A stretch of DNA of 64,000 nucleotides, from assembly GCA_048013815.1 (NCBI GenBank), contig CM106586.1, positions 6,882,001-6,946,000 on the forward strand, in the 5' to 3' direction. Both the position numbers and the translations under genes were made by a program. Below, piece by piece: positions 54,022-64,000 of the stretch (the stretch's first letter is position 1; every line of letters begins with the position of its first letter). Under the pieces are notes generated by a model. It saw only the letters and a list, made by a program, of their open reading frames with translations. It was not told where the DNA came from and searched no databases. Source of the stretch: Setoptus koraiensis. Lineage: Eukaryota > Animalia > Arthropoda.

Positions 54022-57000
54022 ATGGATCGTATACCGACGAATAACTGCGGCACATCGAGCTCACATTCGCTCAGGCGGCCAACAGATAAAATCGGGCAAC
54101 GTCGACAACAAATCAACAACTCAGCAACCGCTAAACCATGCTCAGCTTGCAAACACGGTCTCACTACATCATGTCAATTATTATTTAAAATTAAAACTAG
54201 AACAAAGCGGCGACGATGTCTCCAAGTCGACACCGGTTCATCGCCATCATCGCCAGTCAATGTGAGAAAAAACAGATTGTCCATTGTTCGTTTATTTTTG
54301 ACATCGTCGTCATTCGTGATCAGTTTCACTATACTATTGCAAATATATTTAACTGTGCACATGCAAATTGTTTTGTGCAGCCACCAAGCCGAGCCGACAA
54401 TCAACGATGAAGAGATAAATGTCAGAGTTGACCAACAACAAGCGCAACCTGTTGCGCTTGCTAAAACAGCGCCAACACCAACAGCGAGTGGTCAACAGCA
54501 GAATCGAGACACCAAATTGTTGCACAATCAATCACAGCAGCAGCTGCAGCAGCAGAGCAGCAGTAGTAGTGGCTCAAATGGTCAATTGAGTTTAATCGAC
54601 CATTGGAAGGGCTGTCAATTGTTGGGCTTCCCAAACGCTACCCTAAACAAATGTGGCTATTGCGTTGGCCCAGGCACCAACTTGCCCCTAGATTACGGCC
54701 AAGATTGCCTGGGCGTTTGCGACGGCGGCGCCAGATTGGATTGTCGAGGCCAGTGCAACGGCGAGCATTTTTTGGATGAGTGCAGCCTGGAGTGCATAGA
54801 CGATCATGATTTCTATCAAGGTTACTCGAGGAATCGCGATTGTCGCGGCTTGTGCTTGCCCCAATTGCCGCCGGGCGATGCACAACGGGCGTCAGCAACG
54901 GCGAACAGCAACAACAACAACAACAACAATGAGACCACTCAACAACAAGCGACCAAGAGTGCCTACATCCTCGACGATTGTCGCTCGTGCCGGCTTCAGA
55001 ATGGCCACACTCAGTCGCCTTACGTAGATTGTGCCGGCCAGTGCTGGTCATCCTATTTGTCGTCGTCGCTTGCGTCGCCAACAAAACACACACTTCCGTT
55101 TGGGTCGGCGGGCCCCAGTACCCCAAATACCTCGCATAGGTCTATATTTGAGTCAGCGTCGAGGGCCCGCTTTGATCAGGTGCCCGCAGATAATGCGGGC
55201 GAGTTCAGTTTGCCAAAAGTGCGACCATACGCCACAACAATGTGCGACCAGTGTATACTATTCGGATCGGGCGACGAGGCCGCCACGCAGTCACAAATCA
55301 ACAGGTTGCTGATGGAGGCAAAACTAAAACAAACTGTCTCAAACGCGCCACCAGACAGCGCTGCTACTAACGCAACCAACGTAACAGCGCCAACAACAAC
55401 AACAACAACCATCAAGACACCCAGTCAGGTGCTGAACAGTTGCAACAAGTGCAAATCGGATCCAACTGAATTGTGTAATTGTCATTTGAGTCCAAAATCG
55501 TGCGGTTGCGGCTCGCTGAAACAACTACAAGAGAACGGCTGCTACAGGGTGACAACCCTGCAACCGACACTGTTGCCGGCGGCGCAAGCGGTCCAATTGC
55601 GCCTAAACGGATATTTTAGTCGGGCCCGCGATGACATAATGTGCTTGTTTCAGCACGAAACGGGCCAACAATATTCGTTCAAATTAGAGATTGCGCTGTT
55701 GCAGCAAGCAGTTGCGGACGAGTCAATTGGATCATATAATGCCCATTGTCACATTGATCTGCCCTTGGCGGGCAATTATCTGTTTGGCTTGGGCAGTACA
55801 CAGGACGCACAGGTGAATTTGAACGTCGACAACGAACTGATTGTGTATGCCTACGATCAAGCTCGCGTACAGCTGCTGAGCATGACGCCCGCCAGAATGT
55901 TGACATTTGGCGAACCGGACGACGTAACACTGACCTTCGAGACGGCCACACAACCGCTGACTCAGTTTCCGCTTAAATGTGCCCTGTTGTTTGATGACAA
56001 CAAATACATAATTATACAGAATGAGGACGCCAAGAACCCCTACTCTTGCGTCATCAAAATGGCCTCTCTCGATCAGCAGCAACAATTGGCGGCGGCCGCT
56101 CTGTTGTTGCAACAGCAACAACAGCAACAACAACGATCCACAACAACGGCCAGCTTGCCGCTATTCTCGCACCATCAGTCGTCGGCGGCCGTCAACGAGG
56201 CCCTGGCCAACGCAAGCCCTGGCGCAAACCACAAACAATCGCTAAGCCAGCAGCAACAGCAGCAAATCGAGAGCCAGCAAGACATGCAACAGTTGTTGCA
56301 ACGGTCGAGAATTGTGCGCGTATTTCCTACACTGGACGGCATCAATCCCATAGTGGACGAACCCTTCGAGCTGGTCATCGTGGCGCCGCCGCCCATTCCG
56401 CTGCCGTTGGCCAGTTTCGTGACAAACGACGGGCTCACCATAAGCGTCACGTTCGACCGGCCCGTCAATCTGACCGCTTCCATCGAGGCCGTTCAGCGGC
56501 GTCGCTCGTCGCACCTCAAGCGCACCTCGCAATCTCAGGTGCACCGCTACAGGCGCCAGATTTTGGGCGAAGGAGCCCCGGCTGACCAATGGACGGACGA
56601 CATGTGGCCGGAGCCGAGCCTGCTGGAGCCGCGCGTGTCAGTGTTGCACAGCAGCGACATCAGCAGCGGCGCAAACACCGGAAACGCCGGAATGGCCGGA
56701 AACGCGAGCAACATTTCCGGTCAGTACAGCACGCTCGCAGAGCGCAAGGCGGACAAGCCCAGCAACGGCGGCCCGACGGCCACAGGCCAGCAATCGAGGT
56801 TCGTCTCGTCGAGTCAACAGGTGAAACGCGTACAGGGTGTTCATTTGTGCGCGCAATTGCTCACCAAGAAAACGCTGAAATTGTTGCGCAAATATCAGTT
56901 GCGCAATTGCGTCTGGCCAAGCCGGGCCCAGTTCATAGTGGAACTGGGCAAACCGATCGGCCAGAATCAGAGCTCCATCAGGCTGACATTCAACACGGGC

Positions 57001-60000
57001 GTCATAAGCGAACACGATCAACATTTTGCGCTAGTGAACGAGCGCGAACTGTCCATAGACGTCAAAAAAATACCCCTCGAGACACTGGGCCTGCCCAGCG
57101 CGCCCGCCCTCGCGCTCACCGGGCCCAACCAGGTGCCCCAGTGCGGTCAGTTCACACTGGCCACTCACCTGTGGTCGCCGTACGGCACGGGCGCCGGCCT
57201 CAAGTTCAGATGGTCCGTGGACCGGCTGGCCTCGATACCGTTGCCGGCGGTGCCGAGCAGTCCGGCGGCCGGAAGTGGCTCGATGCGCCCGGCGACGTCG
57301 TCGTCGTCGTCGAACAGGAGCGCGGCGGACCAATCCACACAACAACAGCCGTCGAGCCAGCAGTCCAACAGCAATGTCAACAACAACGGAAATGTCACAA
57401 CAACAACAACATTGCATAATGACAACAGCGCCATAACGGACCATCAGCTGTTGCAGTTGAGGGCGTACGTGCACAGCGTGCGCAGCGCAAACCTGATTGT
57501 GGACGCACAATTGTTGCGCAAATCAACTCTGTACAAGTTTCAAGTTGAGGTGACGTTTGCCGACACAACCACTGCCAACAACAACAACAACAACAAACAA
57601 ACTGTCTTGACGGCCTCGCACGACATCACCAAGCTGGACTTTGACGCGCCAGTGGCCACTCTGTTCAGCTCACAACAATTGCCCGCCATGCCGCTCACCA
57701 CGCAACATCCGGTTGTGCTGCTGGCCGAAATAAATGTGCCCCCGTGCGCCACTAAGGCCAAACAAGTTGGCCTGTATTGGCAGGTGTCCGACGCCAGGGT
57801 GCGCTTTGATTTCGATCAGACATTCAGTCCCATTTATACGATCAAGCCAAACAGTTTGCCCGACAATGTTCCTGTGGCGTTTCGCATGAATCTCTTCTAC
57901 GGTATAAGAGTGAAAAAATTCTCCATTGCTGGCACCGTTTTGAGGGCCGCCAAGGCTCCGCCAGAGGCCGACATAAGCGAGGGCGTCTGGACCGTGACCA
58001 TTGGCCAGCAGTCAAATCATTACATCGAATTGGCGGGGCCGGCAACAAACAGCAACCGCTACAATTACCAGTGGTCGTGTCACGATGGTCGCACGGCGCA
58101 ACCCTGTTACAGGGCCCTGTCGCAGCTCATTACGGCGGCAGCTGACACTCGCCTTGGCAAACCAGAATACCCCGACGACCCAGACCAAGACCAGAATGTA
58201 GCCGCCATACTGACCAGGCAACACAAATCGGGCCAAAAACAGCCCACTTCCGGTGTGCTGCTCGTAGATCGACAGCAACAGAGACAATCACTATTGCGCA
58301 TACCAGCGGCACAATTAGAAAGTAATGGTCAATTGTGGTTTGGACTGCAACTGTTCGACAAGCTAAATCCAACCGGCCAACAGAGCAACACCGAATACAC
58401 GCTGGTAACGGTGAAACCGGGCACTGGGCCCATGGTGGCCGTAGGCCCGGTATTTGTGGGCAGGGGCAGAAGCCAGAGCCTGTTGAGGCATCCGCTTACC
58501 GGTTCGGTCATATTGCCCGCGCACACCCAGGCGATTATACGGGGCAAGGTGGGCGCGGCCGGAAGTGACGAAATCAAGTCAATTGGATGGCATTCGGCAA
58601 ACATTGTGCAACCGCTGGAGTGGACAATTAAAAAAAACAGCACCGCCAACAACAGCGAGGGCACAAACGAAATTGTCACCGAGCTGCACTTGAACGCCGA
58701 CTATCAGATACCCTACGCCAGCTTCCAGTTCCAGCTGACCGCTTGCAATTCGCGAGACGCCTGCAGCACGGCCGCCATCTCAGGTAACTATCGACTGTTG
58801 ATTACTCCAATTAATTAATTCAATTGATTGAAGTAATTCGATTAGTTCAATCAATTAATTATTATCAATTAAACTGACCACGCTGTCCGTCTGTTTTCGT
58901 TTACGCTTGTTGCATCGCGCCGTCGATCACAACGTGTCGCTGAGCGACTTGAACAATCTGCATTAACATTATTAATTATTAATTAACATTATCATCGATT
59001 ATCCATTGTCCATTGTCAATTATTTATCATTCATTACAGTGAACGTTGTGCCCAGCGTCAGCCAGTGCAGAGTGGACGTGGGCCAGCATCTGCTCAGTCA
59101 GACCTTCGTGATATCTGTGGAGTATTGCAACATTCCGTTGGGTTTGTCTCCCATCAGCTATCAGATTTATCTCATTGACCTGTCGCCCGTTGTTGCCGGT
59201 CAGGATGGCGCCGGTGCACCGGGGCTGACGGGTAGCGGCGAGCCCGGTCAGGAGCATGCCGCTTCTAATATATTTATTAACGACGATGACATGAACGAGG
59301 CCGACGAAGCCTATTTGGAAAGCCGAGCGCAACCGTTGACAATACCTCAATACACGCCCTTGTTTCAGCTAGACGGATTCAATGTGCCCGCAATAGTTGC
59401 TTTGTTGTCGCGAGCCAACAACCAAGACAAGAAATCGTCGAGGGGCACCATCAGTCAAATGAGAATCAAGTTTGCCGCTAAAGTTTGTGACAGATTTCAA
59501 TATTGTCGCATGTTCTATTCGCCCACCACAAGTCTGGAGAGCCAGCGAGAATTGTTGCAAACAACCACACCAACTACCGATTCACCGCTGCACAACAGCA
59601 ACAACAACAACAACAACAATGGAAGAAAACAACAACAATCAGAGCAACATTCGTCGTTGAGCGAACAGGTGAACAAAGTCAGTGGCTCGTTGCAGACCAT
59701 GATGGATCAGGCCAGACGATACAATCTGGCGGGCAACTCCTTGGCCGCACTGTCCGTTCTCAATAATCTGATTAACGTGGCCGAGAGGGTGCTCACAAGC
59801 TTGCCCGGCTCGCAACAGCAACAATTGCCCATTGCCACTGCTGTTGGTGGCAACAATCAACAACAAACAACTACAACAGCGCGAGAGAGATTGATATCCG
59901 CAACAACAACAACAACAACAGCAGGCAACGCAACAGCAATAGTTGATTTCGGAAATGGGGACATTTCGAACGGCAATGGAAATGACAACTCCAGACAGGA

Positions 60001-61540
60001 AACGGAAGAGGACAGAAATAGATTGAAGATTAAATCGCTATTAAATCAATCGCTTGTCGATGTGCTCACGTACGGGCGCCGAGTTTTGCAGAGGCCCTTC
60101 CATTTGACCGACAGCGGCCAATCCAATCTGGTTAGTCATCTATTGAACAGAATAATACGTTTGTCCGGCAACGATCTGAGTCAGCGCCAAAACGCAACAA
60201 CATTGCTGACGCAAATAACTAGAAAAGCCATTGAGACGTCGTCTAGCGAGCAGGCATTCTTTGTGAGCGTGCCGGATTTCAAATCAATACAAGGCACCTA
60301 TGAGAGTATATTCGAGCAAGCAACCTCGGCCGGCCTCAGTCCCAACAAGCAGAGAGATGGCAAATTTAAATTTAAATTGTTTGCCAGCAACACCAACAGC
60401 AACAACAACAACAACAACAACAACTTGGCCTATTCAAAGTCCATTAGGAGTGCCTATAAGTCATTGTTGTCTGCAGCGGCCTTACAATTGCCCCTGGGCG
60501 ACACCCAACAATTCCGTTATGTTGGACCGGCGCTCACTAGCGCGAATATCGGCACGAAAGGGGCCGTTCGGTCTATAGTTAGCACCACATTGAGTCACGT
60601 TGTCAGATTGGAGGACATTAGAGTCAGTGTGCCCAATTTTGGTTCAATAACGATACGTTTCGATGACAGGCTCAAACAGCGTCTCAATAACGGTCTGGGC
60701 ACCTGTAGGTCGCCCACAAGCCAAGCTACGGAATCCGCCATGGGCAACAGTGACAGTGGTGACAAGTCAGAACAGGGTAAATTTAGACGGGCAGCAACAA
60801 CGAAAAGGTGCGAGAGTTTTGTGTTATCAACGACGACCTTCGTTGCCCGAAGCCCCCATCAATCGCTGGATTCGGGCACGGATCATTGGCTCAGGGTGCC
60901 CATTGTTGATATTGATATATTGTCGCCAATGGACGGCTCATCTGTCAAAGAGACCTATCATCCCAATTACAAAATTTTAATTGGATTTGATGTGGACAAT
61001 GACAAACAGGGCGCGCAAGAGATCAACACAATCATTACAACAAACACCAACAACCAAAATATCCAAAATAATGCTCCACTGGACACATCGGCAACAACTA
61101 CAACAAACAAAAGCAGCGGCTTAGCGGAACAATCGGCTGCTTCTTCGGCCGCGGGAACTAGACAGGTGACAACAACAACGAGCAACAACGAAAACGGTCC
61201 ATCTTCCGTTGATTTGCCTTTGGGTCAGTTGGTGGGCCGCAGCTACAAGTGTTATGCCTACGACGAATCAGAGGACAACGGCCTCGGCCAGTGGACACGA
61301 AAGTCAGTTAGCGAGGCAGTGAGCTATGATTCGCATAGGTCTTGCTGGACAAATCATCTGGGCACATTTGCGCTATTTAAGAGCCCGTTGCCGGATAAAG
61401 ACGCTCAGTTGAGCATTATGTTGCTGTTGATTGTGGCAGTAATTCTAGTCTCGATAACCATCATCGTATTTCTCCTATCGTATCAATTGGGCTCTGGCAA
61501 AAACAAAAGAAGACAGTCGGAAGGCTCGCAGTCACAATAG
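54022..61540 (+). CDS. Large polycystin-1-like (REJ + GPS) membrane protein; join(54022..58783,59040..61540), 2420 aa
   Basis: Two long ORFs join in frame through TCAG|GTAACT and TTACAG|TG. N-terminal hydrophobic segment, DCxGxCxG Cys repeats, REJ-like start (ALTGPNQVPQCGQFTL...KFRWSV), GPS-like KCYAYD...W...CWTNHLGTFAL, one C-terminal TM helix and an 18-aa tail. Domain calls are by motif recognition. Confidence 0.85.
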
Positions 61541-62000
61541 ATCACGACAAAGCAAACTATTAATTATTAATAATGGTCATTATTTTGGCTCAACGGTCCA
61601 TCGATGACACCCTCTGTAGATACGTGTCTTTCTGTAATGTTTTTTATTCTGTAATATAAACACTTGTATCACATAGTATCATGCGTATGTAGTACTAATA
61701 GTAGTAATGATGATAATTATTATAATATAATAATTATAGATATAATAATAATGGCATCAATGATAATGAACGCATTACAACATGCTCTGATTGCAACCAC
61801 ATGTAAACATTGTAATTGAGAGTATTATCGCTGCTGCTGTTGTTGTTGTTATTCTTTGTATTTTAACCGATTACATAACATGCATCTCGTGTGTAATAAT
61901 AGTGTCCGCTGAGCCATCTCACCTGTGTTAAAATATACCAGGTCAATTGTATGTTGGCTTTTATATATATATATTGTTATTTGTTGGCTTAGATATTTCG

Positions 62001-62624
62001 TTACTTGTTGCGCTGATATTGCTGATGTATTTTGCACGTGTCTATATTTGTCGTGATATTAAGCGTGGTTGTGCGTTGGAATAATTGTACTAGATTATCC
62101 ACTTTAGTTGAAGCTTTCTCGAGAATCTTATAATCCATTCTATGAGCATACGATGATTTCATCAATTGTTGTCGAGGGAACCATTTTGCAGCTATACTCA
62201 ATAATCTGCTAGTGGGCCCATGTGAACTGCCAAACATCTCTTGTGATGCATATGTCATATACAAAAAGCCATCTTCGTCTTTGTTTTCTGAGTAAATTTC
62301 GGCTATCGATTTAGAATTGCTTATAATTGATTTGTTGTTTATAACGAAATAAAATGATCGTCCAGGCGGTATTTTGAGCCTATTCCTTATGAGCTGAGTG
62401 AAATTAGACATTGTCAACTCTTGGGGAACGAGAAATTTTGTCTTATCCAACAAGGGCAAATTGACCTCACGTTTGTACCGTTCAACAACAACGGGTATCT
62501 TATTAGGGAATTTCGCCCTTATTCCCTCTACTTCGCCTTTTCTAATCTCAAATGACTTCCGTTGTTTGAAAGGCTTGTTGAGTGTGTTGTTGGTAACAAT
62601 GATTTTCTCCGCATTGGGTGCCAT
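62001..62624 (-). CDS. MAP1LC3C: Atg8-family protein of the LC3C type with long C-terminal extension, 207 aa
   Basis: PFKQRKS, GIRAKFPNKIPVVVERY, LDKTKFLVPQELTM and KDEDGFLYMTYASQEMFG closely follow human LC3C. The conjugation Gly is residue 132 (62231-62229). Confidence 0.93.
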   Translation of the reverse strand: MAPNAEKIIVTNNTLNKPFKQRKSFEIRKGEVEGIRAKFPNKIPVVVERYKREVNLPLLDKTKFLVPQELTMSNFTQLIRNRLKIPPGRSFYFVINNKSIISNSKSIAEIYSENKDEDGFLYMTYASQEMFGSSHGPTSRLLSIAAKWFPRQQLMKSSYAHRMDYKILEKASTKVDNLVQLFQRTTTLNITTNIDTCKIHQQYQRNK

Positions 62625-64000
62625 TATGTGATGATGATATAACTATCAAGGGGATATATTAATTATGAGTGCAGAGTAGTTGGTTGCGGGACTGCAAGTA
62701 GATATAAATATAATGTGATAATGTTCGTTTGTTATAGTATGTTGAGTCTTGTTAGTAGGCAACACTTGTAACCAATCTACAGTATTGATACTATTATATG
62801 TGTGTGTATATTTGATCTCACATGTGAGATATGCTTCAAGTTGATGGTGCCTTTATCGCTCTGCCAATTGATATATGATGTAGTTATTTGCGATGATGAT
62901 GATGTTAGCAGTTGTTGTTGTAGTAGCACTGACGATTTTTGATATCACTATTGATATTAACAACATCATTAATATCAGCAGTGATATTTTTGTTTTTGTC
63001 GATCACTATTTCTATTATTTTAACTTGGACTAGCTTCGATTTTGGTGATGGTGACGACGGTGTATCGGTAGCAGTGGTCGTATATGATGCAGGATGTTAA
63101 ACAACAAGATACAGGTTCAATAACAATAATAAACAACGATATTTAGCTAGGCCCACTTCGATAGATAATGCCCTAATAATTGCTGAAAATTTGCTTACTG
63201 ACACTTTGTGAGATTGATATGATTTGCGATGCGACCTATTCAATCAATTTTAGACACACTATCGAAACAGATTGTTTGATTGTCACTGCAGGTTTGTTTC
63301 TCCTTGTTCAACATCGGTCCAATGATAGTTTGTTTGGTTGACAACAATTTGATGAGAAAATGGAGGTAATGTGGTCGCGGACCTGTTAGTTAGTTGGCAG
63401 ATACAGATATCAACATGCGATGATGATAGTATTAGATATTTAGTATTCATCTAGTCAGTGTTACTAGAAATTTCAGTTTTGGTGCAATTTTACACAAACA
63501 ATCTATCTACCAATCAATTCATCTATAAATGTGTTGTTCGTTAACCTCAACAACACCACTATGGCGTACACAATTGTTGGCTCTACAATTATCGACTGCC
63601 ATTAAATGTTAACCAGTTTATCTATCCGTAGTTGAGTGAGTTACGACTATTGAGTGACGGAGACACATCACTTTATATTGGTAGTGATTTGCGCTCGGAA
63701 ATGTTAGCCTGGTTTACTAACAATTGGTTTATATTATCAAACCGATCTTATTTGCATAACAGCTGTGCCTAACAAACGTAAGAAGTTAATCCTTTGCAAG
63801 TTGTTGGATAATAATGATTTTGATTCTTTGTCCACAAGGTATTCGCCTTTGGTGGATTTGCAATAGTTGAGTGAAGGTGAACCCGACCTGGACCTCTTGC
63901 GCGTATGATATATTTATTATCATCAATTGCCGATTATCGATTACAATCACAAGATATAGCCAACTGTGTTGTTGTGTTGACACAAACAGATAAAAGCTTA

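Overview
Animal genomic DNA with few introns and dense genes. A compact mite-like genome is my inference; the taxon cannot be proven from the sequence alone. There are three compositional domains. (1) 1 to ~19.8 kb is GC-richer and full of microsatellites, minisatellites and short palindromes, with one large polyQ/N/H coding exon (12845-14412, minus) whose downstream exons I could not assign. (2) 20-44.5 kb is an AT-richer gene block: a small PKA-inhibitor (PKI)-like gene, ERCC2/XPD, COX6A, WDR36/UTP21, three tandem ABCC1/MRP-type transporters and a SERTA-like gene. ABCC copy 1 is interrupted by a 500-N gap; copy 3 carries a nonsense codon plus a 1-nt deletion. (3) 50-64 kb holds IFRD1, a ~2420-aa polycystin-1-like (REJ+GPS) protein ending after one TM helix, and MAP1LC3C. 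I recognised no rRNA, tRNA, CRISPR array or transposase. Best leads: a divergent PKI homologue with pseudosubstrate and NES at vertebrate spacing; the truncated polycystin-like receptor with a predicted non-cleavable GPS; the mosaic ABCC array (homogenised NBDs, diverged TMDs); and a His-rich antisense coding relic duplicated with the ABCC upstream region. All counts and alignments were done by eye, not with software.
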